Shown piece after piece: positions 26,379 to 35,866 of a stretch of 64,000 bases of DNA. Below the pieces are notes generated by a model. That model was not told the DNA's origin. It made no database searches and saw only the letters and a list, made by a program, of their open reading frames with translations. Origin of the DNA: Nitrospirota bacterium (GTDB lineage Bacteria > Nitrospirota > Thermodesulfovibrionia > SZUA-242); NCBI GenBank assembly GCA_003235715.1, contig QJVM01000155.1, positions 4,577 through 68,576 of the forward strand. The letters are read 5' to 3'. The position numbers and the translations under genes are program-made. Each line of letters starts with the position of its first letter. Positions within the stretch are counted from its first letter, which is position 1.

Positions 26379-27911
26379 TCACTTTCCGGAAAATCCGGAA
26401 AACGTACCCAGCATGTATTTCAGGTCCTCGTCCTCGAGACGGATGCCGCCACCCAGGAACAGACCGCTCGAATGCGCATTCAGCGCATTATCCCAGCCCG
26501 CGACCAGAATCAGATGATTCCAGAGCGCATACTGCGCTCCAACCTTGAGGTGGGGGTTCTCAGCCTGAGGTTCATTTTCCTTGAAATCCCAGATATCTGC
26601 AAATAAGGACAGTCTGTCGTCAAAAAGATGGTAGGCCGTCCCGAAACCAAAGGTGTTTTCCATGAGCCCGGCCCGAAACTCCAGGTCATGATAACTTCTT
26701 GACAACAAAGCCGTAAATTCGAAGTTTTCCCGGGTGGTTTCCTGGACGGTGGTGGTCGAAACGCCGTCGACCGTGGTCACGGTCCTCTTTTTCCGCGTGT
26801 ATCCGAGGGGGTCGCTCACAACGCCGATGAGATAATACCGGTCCGGCGCCGGCTGGAACCGAATATTCAAATACCCCTTGGTCTCGCCGATGCGGGTGAG
26901 GCTCTCGCCCTGGAAGTCCACAAACGTCCGGAAGCGCCGTATCCGGCCGAGTTCGGCATCGATCCCTTCAGCCGCTTTGGTCACGGACTCATACAGGCGG
27001 TCATCGGTGACGAGCTTTCCGAGCGTTCCCTCGCCCTTCTCCACCTTGTCCGTCATGCGATTCAGGGACTCCATGGCCTGTCCGGCCTGAACGGACAGTT
27101 TCTCGAGTGATTTGGCGCCTTCAATGGCAGGCTGTCGCATCTCTGAAATGAGGACCCTCAGGTCTCCGGCGGCGGCCGTGATCTGCTCCAGGGCCATGGG
27201 GGCCTCCCGGTTCAGATAGTCCGTAAGCTCGTTAAGTCCCGTCAAGGTCTTCGAAACCGAGGGACCCTCGCGGTCGATCAACCCCTGGACGGAAGCCGTC
27301 ACCTCCGTCAGGCTGTCCAGCAAGCGCCGAAGTTTTTCGTCGTTCACCGCCACCGCATCATTCAGATGCTCCGTGATCGAGCGCATATTCTTGGCGCTCT
27401 CTGCAATGGCCTGGGTGGTTTCCTCGTCCCCGAGCACGCGGCCCACCGCTTCCGCGATATCCGCGAATCTCGAGGCCATGGACGAAAGATTGGCCACGAG
27501 GGCATCGTAATTGGTGGGCTGAACCGTATGGACAACCGTATCTCCGTCCTTGAGCGCGGGGGTCCTCTCGGTTCCGGTTTCCAGCGCCACGTACTTGTCC
27601 CCCAGCAGCCCGAGCGACTGTATCGAAGCCACCGCATCTTCATGAACCAGAACGCCGGGATCCAGACGGAGAACGACCCGGGCCCTTCCTTCCTGAAGCT
27701 GAACCTCTTCCACAATTCCCGCATTCACCCCGGCCACCTTTACCCGCGTATCCCTTTCCACTCCCACGATACTGTCGAAGAAGGCATAAAGGACGTAGCC
27801 TTCCTTCTCCTTGAACTTAAGTCCTCCAACCTGCAGGGTCATGAAGGAGAGAATCAGGATGACCAGGACGGCAAACAGGCCCACCTTAAGCTCGGGAGAA
27901 AGCACTTTCAT
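26379..27911 (-). CDS. mlaD: MlaD/MCE-domain protein with a ~330-aa C-terminal extension (coiled-coil plus beta-rich domain)
   Basis: 510 aa with an N-terminal TM (VGLFAVLVILILSFMTL), a canonical MCE domain (YAFFDSIVGVERDTRVKVAGVNAGIVEEVQL...SLGLLGDKYVALETG), then heptad-like helical sequence and a C-terminal domain with alternating hydrophobic strands. A typical MlaD is ~160-190 aa. Confidence 0.8.
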   Translation of the reverse strand: MKVLSPELKVGLFAVLVILILSFMTLQVGGLKFKEKEGYVLYAFFDSIVGVERDTRVKVAGVNAGIVEEVQLQEGRARVVLRLDPGVLVHEDAVASIQSLGLLGDKYVALETGTERTPALKDGDTVVHTVQPTNYDALVANLSSMASRFADIAEAVGRVLGDEETTQAIAESAKNMRSITEHLNDAVAVNDEKLRRLLDSLTEVTASVQGLIDREGPSVSKTLTGLNELTDYLNREAPMALEQITAAAGDLRVLISEMRQPAIEGAKSLEKLSVQAGQAMESLNRMTDKVEKGEGTLGKLVTDDRLYESVTKAAEGIDAELGRIRRFRTFVDFQGESLTRIGETKGYLNIRFQPAPDRYYLIGVVSDPLGYTRKKRTVTTVDGVSTTTVQETTRENFEFTALLSRSYHDLEFRAGLMENTFGFGTAYHLFDDRLSLFADIWDFKENEPQAENPHLKVGAQYALWNHLILVAGWDNALNAHSSGLFLGGGIRLEDEDLKYMLGTFSGFSGK

Positions 27912-28666
27912 GCATATCCTCCTTCAACGCGAATGGGGCCCTCGGCCCGGCCAGCCACGAATTGACTCACCACCGGACTGGAGGTCTTACGGATTTCCTC
28001 CGGGGTTCCGACTTCGATGATTCTTCCGGAATACAGCATCGCGATCCGATCCGCAATTTTAAATGCACTCGTCATATCGTGCGTAATGGTCACCGAAGTT
28101 ACGCTGAGCCGTTCCCGGAGCGAGAGGATGAGATCATTGATGATGTCCGCCATGATGGGGTCCAGACCCGTTGTGGGCTCATCATAAAGGATACACTCCG
28201 GCTCGGTGGCAATGGCACGCGCCAGTCCGACCCGCTTCCGCATACCCCCTGACAGGTCGGCCGGCATGACGTCTTCGATTCCGCTCAGGCCCACCATACG
28301 GAGTTTCTCTGAAGCAATGCGCCGAACCTCCCGCGGCTTGAGCGAGGTATGTTGTCTCAGGGCAAAGCCCACATTCTCCCAGACGCTCATGGAATCAAAC
28401 AGGGCCGCGCCCTGAAAAAGCATACCCATCCGTCTTCGAAGATCATTGAGCCCGTGCTCGTCCAAACCGGAAATGTCGCTTCCGTCAATAAGAACCCGGC
28501 CGCCATCCGGCCGGAGGAGCCGAATGATGTGCTTGAGAAGCACGCTCTTTCCGGAACCGCTCCCGCCGATGACCACCATGCTTTCGCCCCGCTTGACTTC
28601 CAGGTCCACGCCGTCCAGGACCGCCTTGTCCCCGAAGGATTTGGTGAGTCCCTCGATCCGGATCAC
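27908..28666 (-). CDS. mlaF: ABC transporter ATP-binding protein MlaF
   Basis: The start was reassigned to GTG at 28666-28664, preceded by AGGAGG with a 9-nt spacer; the ORF-track start would overlap mlaE. Walker A (GGSGSGKS), LSGGM signature and Walker B (ILYDEPT) are present. Confidence 0.85.
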   Translation of the reverse strand: MIRIEGLTKSFGDKAVLDGVDLEVKRGESMVVIGGSGSGKSVLLKHIIRLLRPDGGRVLIDGSDISGLDEHGLNDLRRRMGMLFQGAALFDSMSVWENVGFALRQHTSLKPREVRRIASEKLRMVGLSGIEDVMPADLSGGMRKRVGLARAIATEPECILYDEPTTGLDPIMADIINDLILSLRERLSVTSVTITHDMTSAFKIADRIAMLYSGRIIEVGTPEEIRKTSSPVVSQFVAGRAEGPIRVEGGYA

Positions 28667-28679
28667 CTTCGAACCCCTC

Positions 28680-29480
28680 CTATTGAAACAGCCAGGACGA
28701 TAGGAAATAGTCCGATATGAGAACCGCCATGGAAGCCATGACGACCGCCCGGGTGGTGGCCCGGCCCACGCCCGCCGCCCCGCCCTCGGAGTGGTACCCC
28801 TGGTAGCAGGAGATGAGCGCAATGGCGCCCCCGAAGAAAATCGCCTTGTAGAGCCCGTGGTAGATGTCGGTGATGGTCAGATAGTCCCACGTTCGGTTCA
28901 GATAGAGCGTCGGATTGGCCCCCAGAACCCGCGTGCTCACGAAATATCCTCCCAGGATCCCCACGGCATCCGAAAAAACGGTAAGGGCCGGAAGCATGAC
29001 GATCCCCGAAAGAAATCGAGGAACCACAAGATACTGGACGGGGTTTGTGGCCAGGGTCTCGAGGGCATCGATCTGCTCCGTCACCCGCATGGTTCCCAGT
29101 TCAGCAGCCATGGCCGCCCCGGCTCGCCCGGAAACAATAAGGCCGGTCAGCACCGGTCCGAGTTCCCGGGTCATGGAAAGGGCCACGACCGAACCCACGA
29201 GGCCCTCGGCCCCAAACCGCTTGAACCCGATGTAGCTCTGGAGCGCGAGTACGGCACCCGTAAAGGCCGCCGTAATGAGAACCACAGGCAGCGAATTCAC
29301 ACCAATCTCCACCAGTTGGCGGAAGAGATTCCTCAAATTATAAGGCGGCGCGAACACGAGCCGGAGGGTTTTGGCAAGCATGATGACCAGGCCTCCGGCC
29401 AGCGAGAGAGGCCTCATCAGGATGGCTCCCAGATATTCTACGGGCCGGAGGAGAGCAGGCGTCGACGCCTCAGCCCTCAT
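28680..29480 (-). CDS. mlaE: ABC transporter permease MlaE
   Basis: 266 aa with the MlaE/Ttg2B permease pattern (LVEIGVNSLPVVLITAAFTGAVLALQS...TEQIDALETLA). Confidence 0.85.
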   Translation of the reverse strand: MRAEASTPALLRPVEYLGAILMRPLSLAGGLVIMLAKTLRLVFAPPYNLRNLFRQLVEIGVNSLPVVLITAAFTGAVLALQSYIGFKRFGAEGLVGSVVALSMTRELGPVLTGLIVSGRAGAAMAAELGTMRVTEQIDALETLATNPVQYLVVPRFLSGIVMLPALTVFSDAVGILGGYFVSTRVLGANPTLYLNRTWDYLTITDIYHGLYKAIFFGGAIALISCYQGYHSEGGAAGVGRATTRAVVMASMAVLISDYFLSSWLFQ

Positions 29481-30577
29481 GGTAAACCCTCCGAACGCGC
29501 CGACCCACAGAAGTGAGAATCTCGTAGGGAATCGTACCGGCGAGTTCGGCGACCCGATCCGCCCAGAGTTTCGTATTCTCGCTTTCGCCGATGAGAATCG
29601 CTTCGTCTCCCACCTGGACCGGCCCTGCCTCGGTCACGTCCACCATGGTCAGGTCCATGCAGACCCGGCCCACCACCGGCACCTCGGTACCCCCGACGAG
29701 AACCCGGCCCTTGTTCGATAGCGCGCGGGAAAACCCGTCCGCATATCCCACACTGAGGGTGGCGATGAGGCTTTCCCGAGATGTCCGGTACGTACGGCCA
29801 TAACTGATGGGGGTTCCCGGCGAAACGCGCTTGATGGCGATCACCCGCGTGGACACTCTCATCGCCGGCCGCAGCCCAGCCTCCTCGAGGGCAGGAGCGG
29901 GGTTATATCCGAAGAGCATGAGCCCCGGCCGGACCATATCAAAATGAGCAGTTGGAAAACGGATGACCGCCGCGCTGTTGGCCATATGTTTGAGCGGGAT
30001 GGAAACGCCTTCCTTCGCGAGGCCTTCCGAAACCCTGGTGAAAACGCCTACCTGATCTTGAACGACGGCCGGGTTTTCGAGTTCCGCATCCGAAAAATGA
30101 CTCGACAGGCCCTCCACTGCTATTCCCGGCAGACCGCTGATCTGCAGGATGGTCCCCACGGCGGCCTCCGGAAGCAGTCCGACCCGCCCCATCCCTGTGT
30201 CCAGTTTGATATGAACCGGGATCCTCCGTCCTGTCCGCGATGCCTCGGCCGAAAGAACTTCCGCCTGGGGCACGCTCCAGATCACAGGGGTCAGGTTGTG
30301 GTGAACAACCTCGGCGACGGCAGACGGTTCCAGCCCGAAGAGAAGAACCAAAGGGCATGAAAGCCCGGCGTTGCGAAGCTCAAGCGCCTCTTCGAGGTGA
30401 GCCACGCCGAGCGCTTCGGCGCCGGCCGCGAGGAGGGTTCGGGAAACGGGAACAGCCCCGTGCCCGTAAGCATCGGCCTTTACGATCGCGAGGATCTTGC
30501 AGTTTCCAGCCCGGGAGCGGACGACACCAAGATTGTGGCGTATGGCCCCCAGGTCAATATGAGCCTCCAGGTAACTC
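29470..30577 (-). CDS. alr: alanine racemase (the start codon is non-canonical or unresolved)
   Basis: The conserved N-terminus IDLGAIRHNL...AIVKADAYGHG (PLP-Lys) lies upstream of the ORF-track start, which is actually a GTG at 30405. The in-frame region back to the TAA at 30586-30588 contains no ATG/GTG/TTG, only CTG and ATT. The C-terminal half is clearly Alr (VPVVGRVCMDLTMVDVT). Confidence 0.8.
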
Positions 30578-30806
30578 AGACGGTCTTACCTTCGTCGTTC
30601 TCTTCCTTCTTTTCCTCAACCTTCTTTTCCTCAACCTTGTCGCGCGGAGGCGATACATCAATCTCATCGTGGGAAACCGATTTCTTGAAATTCTTCATGG
30701 CCTCGCCGATACCCCGTCCGAGTTCGGGAAGGCGCTTCCCCCCGAAAATCACGATGACAATGATAAGGATGATGATGAGTTCCGTGGCTCCCAAACCGCC
30801 GATCAT
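30576..30806 (-). CDS. tatA: twin-arginine translocase subunit TatA/E
   Basis: 76 aa. [42 protein letters not shown] is the TatA TM-plus-amphipathic-helix signature, followed by an acidic/Lys-rich tail. Confidence 0.8.
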   Translation of the reverse strand: MIGGLGATELIIILIIVIVIFGGKRLPELGRGIGEAMKNFKKSVSHDEIDVSPPRDKVEEKKVEEKKEENDEGKTV

Positions 30807-31053
30807 AGGCCTTCGCCTCCCTTGGGAAAGGTGGGATACGACGGGCAGGCAACCCGCAACCCATAGACCTCAGGCCTGCCCCGAATCCGTGAGAAAAAGA
30901 ACACCTAAACTTTACTTTGGGCATGCTTTTTTGTCAATCTTTGATCCGGAAAATCCAACGGTTTATTAAGTACTTAACAAGTCCACTCGTGGGAGGGTTG
31001 CCCTTGACTCCCCTTCGGTCTCCCCACGAACGGAACCCCTGGGGGGGAGAGGA

Positions 31054-31666
31054 AAGAGGATTCGTGCCCTATATAGGCCTGACCGGGGTTTTTGGGAGCG
31101 GGAAGTCGACCGTGCTCGGCCTTCTGGCCTCTCTTGGAGCCTGCTGCATCGATGCTGACGGATTGGTGCGGGCCATCACCGATTCGGACGAAGCCGTTCG
31201 AAGGGAAATTGCCCGACGGGTCGGCCCCTCAGCTCTGGATCAGGACGGGAACCTGGACCGGAAGGAAGTGGCCCGGATTGTATTTTCGGACGAACACAAA
31301 CGCGCTGACCTGGAGGCCCTGCTTCACCCCTATGTTTTTGCCGAGTCGGAGAGGCTAAAGGACGCGGCGTACCGTGCGGACCCGCACCGGGTGGTGGTGC
31401 TCGAGGCTCCTCTTCTGTTTGAGGCGGGTTACGACCGCATGATGGACGCCACCCTTGTGGTCACCTGCCCCATGGAGACCATTTTCACACGCCTCGTCAG
31501 CCGCGGATTTTCAAAAGCCGAGGTCCTGACCCGGCTTCGCTCCCAGATGAGCCAGACCGAAAAGGCGGACCGGGCCCGGTATCGGGTGGACAATGGGGGA
31601 AGTCTGGAAGATACAGAGGTCCAGGTCAGAGCAGTCTATGAAAGGATCCGGACCGGAAGGGGATAA
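31054..31666 (+). CDS. coaE: dephospho-CoA kinase
   Basis: Start at GTG 31054 (an AGAGGA RBS is upstream). The P-loop is IGLTGVFGSGKST, and the CoaE pattern includes HPYVF and LLFEAG. Confidence 0.75.
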
Positions 31667-31695
31667 GGAGAAACAGAGGTCGAAGACCAACCGGG

Positions 31696-33609
31696 TCAGG
31701 CGGCCCCTGAGAGCCCAGTAGGCCGGCTCAGGGAGGCGGGCTGGGGCTGGACAGAAGAGTCTGGTTCGTAACCTTCCACAAGGTCCGAAAGGTAGGCCTT
31801 GAGCACGGCGGGGTCCGGATTGGCCAGCAGGTCCTCGAGCAGGGGAATCCTTTGGAGCACGCCCGTTACAGGCGTCGAGGCGTCGCGGGCTCTGAAGATC
31901 TTGGTATGGTTCGTCGGTCCCGTATTTTCCCTGGAGGTCAGCAACTCTTCGTACATCTTTTCACCCGGCCGTATTCCTGAGAACACAATGGGGATGTCCA
32001 CGTCCGGCTCAAGGCCGTGCAGCCGGATCATCTCCCGGGCCACGTCGAGGATTCTTACGGGATCCCCCATGTCCAGGACAAAAACCTCTCCACCCTCCCC
32101 CATAGCCCCTGCCTGAAGGATAAGAGAGACCGCCTCTGGAATGGACATGAAATACCGGGTCATCTGCTCATGCGTGACCGTCACCGGCCCCCCCATGCGG
32201 ATCTGCTCCTGAAAGACCGGAATGACGCTGCCTCGGCTCCCCACAACGTTCCCGAACCGCACGGAAACGAATCGGGTGGAATCCTCCCGGTCCAGTTCTC
32301 TAAGGATCTTTTCAGCCACACGCTTGGTCGCCCCCATGACGTTGGTGGGTCGAACGGCCTTGTCCGTGGAAACCAGCACAAACAACTCCGTTCCGAACTC
32401 CACGGCCATCTGGCTCACGTGATACGTTCCGAGAATGTTCGTCTTCACCGCCTCTTCCGGATAGTGTTCCATGATGGGAACATGCTTGTAGGCGGCCGCG
32501 TGAAAGACCACGTGAGGCTTGTGATTCGCAAAGACCCAGCGCATCTTGTCCCGGTCCCGAATATCCCCGACGACCGGGCAGAGGGTGGTGCCCTGCGGAC
32601 CGCCCTTCAGTCCGCCTTCGAGGTTGAAAAGCTCTGTTTCGTCGATGTCCAGTGCAATCAGACGTTCCGGGGCATAGGAAACCACCTGCCTCACGACTTC
32701 TGACCCGATGGACCCCCCCGCGCCAGTAACGAGAACCCGCCGCCCTTTCAGCCGCTCACGGATGAGAGAATCCTCCACCGTGACCTGTTCCCGACCCAGA
32801 ATATCCTCGATACGAATCTGCTTGATGTCGGAGAGGCTTACGTTTCCCTGGAGAATTTCATTCAGTCCCGGAATAGTTTTTACCTCGGTTACACCCGAGT
32901 CGCGGATGTAAGTAAGAATATCCCGGACCTCACGGGACGCGGCCGAGGGAATGGCGATGAGAACGACACTGACGTCCTTCTTCCGTACGACCTGCGGTAT
33001 CCGTTTCCGTCCGCCGAAAACTCGGACTCCGTGGATATAGAGGTCCGCTTTCCGGGGGTCGTCGTCTATGAAAGCCACGGGGACGTAACTGGAATCGGGG
33101 GTCCTCCGCATCTCGCGTACGATCTGTTCGCCGGCATCACCGGCCCCGATGATCAAGGTCCGCTTTGCGCCTTCGCGCGACAGGCCGCCGCCGATCTGCT
33201 GATAGAACCGCTTGGAAATGCGCAATCCGCTGACAAAGAAAAGGGAGCAGAAGAAATCGATGAAGAAGAGGGAACGAGGCATCGCTTCGAAGAGACTCGC
33301 TCCCCTGAATACAAATGAAACCCCGATCAGCATGAGGGAGGAAAATGCGAGAGCCCGGACAATGCCCCACATTTCGTACATTCCGAAATAGGACCAGCTC
33401 ATCTGGTAAACGTGACTCAAGAGAAAGGCCATGACCTTCACGGTGACAAAGATTGCCGCGATGGGAAGCACCCTGCTCGCGTAATGGGCCGGGATCTCCC
33501 CTCCGAACCTGAGAAGGTACGAAAGGTATACGGACAGGGACAGGAGCAGCGCGTCCGAGATAATGAAGAAAACAGCCCTTCGGAGGGGAGTTTTTTGGAT
33601 TCGAAACAT
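31696..33609 (-). CDS. membrane-anchored UDP-GlcNAc 4,6-dehydratase (WbpM/PglF/CapD family)
   Basis: 637 aa with 4 N-terminal TM helices, a Rossmann GxGxxG (LVTGAGGSIGSE), a YxxxK motif (AAAYKHV), and a CapD-type C-terminal domain. Confidence 0.8.
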   Translation of the reverse strand: MFRIQKTPLRRAVFFIISDALLLSLSVYLSYLLRFGGEIPAHYASRVLPIAAIFVTVKVMAFLLSHVYQMSWSYFGMYEMWGIVRALAFSSLMLIGVSFVFRGASLFEAMPRSLFFIDFFCSLFFVSGLRISKRFYQQIGGGLSREGAKRTLIIGAGDAGEQIVREMRRTPDSSYVPVAFIDDDPRKADLYIHGVRVFGGRKRIPQVVRKKDVSVVLIAIPSAASREVRDILTYIRDSGVTEVKTIPGLNEILQGNVSLSDIKQIRIEDILGREQVTVEDSLIRERLKGRRVLVTGAGGSIGSEVVRQVVSYAPERLIALDIDETELFNLEGGLKGGPQGTTLCPVVGDIRDRDKMRWVFANHKPHVVFHAAAYKHVPIMEHYPEEAVKTNILGTYHVSQMAVEFGTELFVLVSTDKAVRPTNVMGATKRVAEKILRELDREDSTRFVSVRFGNVVGSRGSVIPVFQEQIRMGGPVTVTHEQMTRYFMSIPEAVSLILQAGAMGEGGEVFVLDMGDPVRILDVAREMIRLHGLEPDVDIPIVFSGIRPGEKMYEELLTSRENTGPTNHTKIFRARDASTPVTGVLQRIPLLEDLLANPDPAVLKAYLSDLVEGYEPDSSVQPQPASLSRPTGLSGAA

Positions 33610-33693
33610 GTTTTGGATTTTACGGCAGATAGGAAGCGGGCCGCAAGAAAACCTATGGCCTCATTAAGAATCGAATGGAGAACCCGTACGCCT

Positions 33694-34689
33694 TTACCCT
33701 GTCGTGGGCCGTCCCGTCTGTTCAGCCCTTCCCACCAGTAGGGCGGCCACGCCGTAAACCACTCCCCAGGCCCCCAGAACCGCAAGAGTCACCGTTGGCT
33801 CCGAATTCTTCATGAGAACGGTGGCGGTCAACCCGCATCCCATCATGAAGCCATATTCCGCAAGAACGGTCCTCCGGTGACTCCAACCGGCCCGAACCAG
33901 CCTCTGGTAATAGTGAGTCCGATGGGCCTCCCACACCCGTTCACCCCGGATGAGCCGCCTGACCAGGGTCACCGTAGCATCCACGATAAATGGGGAAAAG
34001 ATCAGGAAGGGAACCTCTGGAGGAAGCCACCCCGCGCCAATCCCTCTCCAGGAATAGGCCGCAGCAAGAAATCCCATGGTGGCGGAACCAACATCTCCCA
34101 TGAAAATCCTGGCAGGCGGGAAATTGCAGAGCAGAAAGCCCAGGTTTGCCGCAGCAATCACCAGAGCCGACCATGCGTAATCGGGCTGGCCGGCAACCCA
34201 TCCACAAAGGGCCAGAAAACCGAATCCCCAGGCTCCCATCCCTCCGGCAAATCCGTCCATGCCGTCCATGAAGTTGTACAGGTTGACCATCCAAACGACC
34301 GCTAAAACGGAAAAGCCCGCCAACCAACCGGCCACTTCTGGAAAATTCGCCCCCCAGAGCAGCAGGACCGCAGCGGCGACGTGGACTCCGAGACGCACGG
34401 TCGCTGGCATATGCCTGAGGTCATCGGCAAGCGATACTACGGCGACCATTCCGGCCCCGACCAGTTGCGGTGTGAGGGCAAAGTCCTGGCCCGAGGCCCA
34501 TCGCACAACAGAGACCGCCCCTATACCTGACAGGATACCAAGCCCCCCACCGCGCGGTTTGGGCTTCGAGTGTAGAGAGCGGGCCCCCGGTGGATCCATG
34601 ATCCTGAAGGGCGACGACCCAGAGGCAAGCCAGGCCGTCATGCCCCATGCAACCAGAAATGAAACAACCGGTCCCAGAAGAGCGTTCAC
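33694..34689 (-). CDS. glycosyltransferase family 4 polyprenyl-phosphate HexNAc-1-phosphate transferase (WecA/WbpL/MraY-like)
   Basis: 331 aa, polytopic, with the NLYNFMDGMDG and IFMGDVGS motifs of the MraY/WecA superfamily. Confidence 0.75.
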   Translation of the reverse strand: MNALLGPVVSFLVAWGMTAWLASGSSPFRIMDPPGARSLHSKPKPRGGGLGILSGIGAVSVVRWASGQDFALTPQLVGAGMVAVVSLADDLRHMPATVRLGVHVAAAVLLLWGANFPEVAGWLAGFSVLAVVWMVNLYNFMDGMDGFAGGMGAWGFGFLALCGWVAGQPDYAWSALVIAAANLGFLLCNFPPARIFMGDVGSATMGFLAAAYSWRGIGAGWLPPEVPFLIFSPFIVDATVTLVRRLIRGERVWEAHRTHYYQRLVRAGWSHRRTVLAEYGFMMGCGLTATVLMKNSEPTVTLAVLGAWGVVYGVAALLVGRAEQTGRPTTG

Positions 34690-35666
34690 CGGGCTCTCAC
34701 CACGCTATGAACCATTTCCGGAATGCTGTCCATGAGGTTACGGGTCGGCCGAAACCCAAGTTCCCGCATGATCTTGTCCGACCGGTAACATGCCGACCCG
34801 GACATTTTCGCAAAGGCTTCGCTGTCAAACGGCATTCTGCGCCGCATGACCCACCCCGCCCCGTCACCCAGGCGGGCCAGAAACCGGAGCCAGCGACTCT
34901 GGAAGGTCCAGTCCGGGACCTTCTTGCCGAGGGCACGGAGCATCCCTTCATACATGCTCCGGGTGGAATAGGTCGCTCCGTCTGTGACGATATAGGCCTG
35001 TCCGTTGGCTTCAGGCCTTTCAGCGGCCAGAATCGCCGCTTCAGCAAGGTCCCGAACATGAACGAGCGAACGTCGGTTGTTCGTTTCCTCGAGGGGTGGA
35101 AACCGGTTTCCGGCAACGGCTCGAATCATACGTTCGAGATTTCCTTTCACCCCGGGCCCGTAGACCAGCGCCGGCCGCAAGCAGGATACGTGGAGTCCGC
35201 AACCCCGACCAGCCTGGAGGACCAGGGCCTCGGCCCGCCTCTTGGACAAGCCATACGCATCGTGCGGCTCAGCTTCCCACGATTCGTCCACGCAGTCCTC
35301 CCCCGGGTCGGCCATGGCCTTTACGCTGCTGACATAGACCAGAGCCCGTACCCCATCCCGGCATGCCTGTTCAACGAGACGCCGGGTCCCTTCCACGTTG
35401 ACCTGGAAGTACAGCTTCTCCATGCCGGGTACCGGTTTGAGCGCATGCGCCACGCCCGCAAGATGAAAGACCGTATCGACCCCTTTCATCAGGGGTGCCG
35501 GGAGGTCATCGGCGGGCAGGTCGCAAAGAAGAACCTCGTCCCACGGGCCGGTCTGCGGTTCGCCTCTCAGGAGAGCCCTGACCCGGTACCCCCTCTGCCT
35601 GAGGGTTTCGCATAGGGGGCGCCCCACGAAGCCTGCAGCGCCTGTGACCAGAGCAAGGGAACTCAT
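34686..35666 (-). CDS. NAD-dependent epimerase/dehydratase (SDR; WbpK/WbpV-like 4-reductase candidate)
   Basis: Start at internal ATG 35666 (MSSLALVTGAAGFVGRPL is the Rossmann motif). It has YxxxK (DAYGLSKRRAE) and lies between the WbpM-like and hldE genes. Confidence 0.75.
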   Translation of the reverse strand: MSSLALVTGAAGFVGRPLCETLRQRGYRVRALLRGEPQTGPWDEVLLCDLPADDLPAPLMKGVDTVFHLAGVAHALKPVPGMEKLYFQVNVEGTRRLVEQACRDGVRALVYVSSVKAMADPGEDCVDESWEAEPHDAYGLSKRRAEALVLQAGRGCGLHVSCLRPALVYGPGVKGNLERMIRAVAGNRFPPLEETNNRRSLVHVRDLAEAAILAAERPEANGQAYIVTDGATYSTRSMYEGMLRALGKKVPDWTFQSRWLRFLARLGDGAGWVMRRRMPFDSEAFAKMSGSACYRSDKIMRELGFRPTRNLMDSIPEMVHSVVRAR

Positions 35667-35866
35667 TTTCGTCCGTTCACTGTTACGTATGAAAAGGCGG
35701 GGAAGCATCTCCAATCGCCATGAAGGAGCCCAAATCCCCTCCGTCTGCGGAATAAAGGAGTCCTGTTCTCGGGGGCGTGTCCGCCTCGAGACCTATTCAG
35801 CCAAAATCTGAGACCGGCCCCCGTTTCTCAAACCGCATCAAATCCCGACGCTTTATGCGACGAAGC

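Noticed and set aside
27908-28822. MlaF starting at ATG 28822 (304 aa)
   Set aside because: That start would overlap mlaE by 140 nt and add a non-conserved Arg/Pro-rich N-terminus. GTG 28666 with a perfect AGGAGG RBS gives the canonical ~250-aa MlaF.
30591-30650. Tandem direct repeat cttcttttcctcaacctt x2
   Set aside because: It lies inside the tatA coding region on the - strand and simply encodes the repetitive acidic/Lys tail ([12 protein letters not shown]). It is not a regulatory or mobile repeat.
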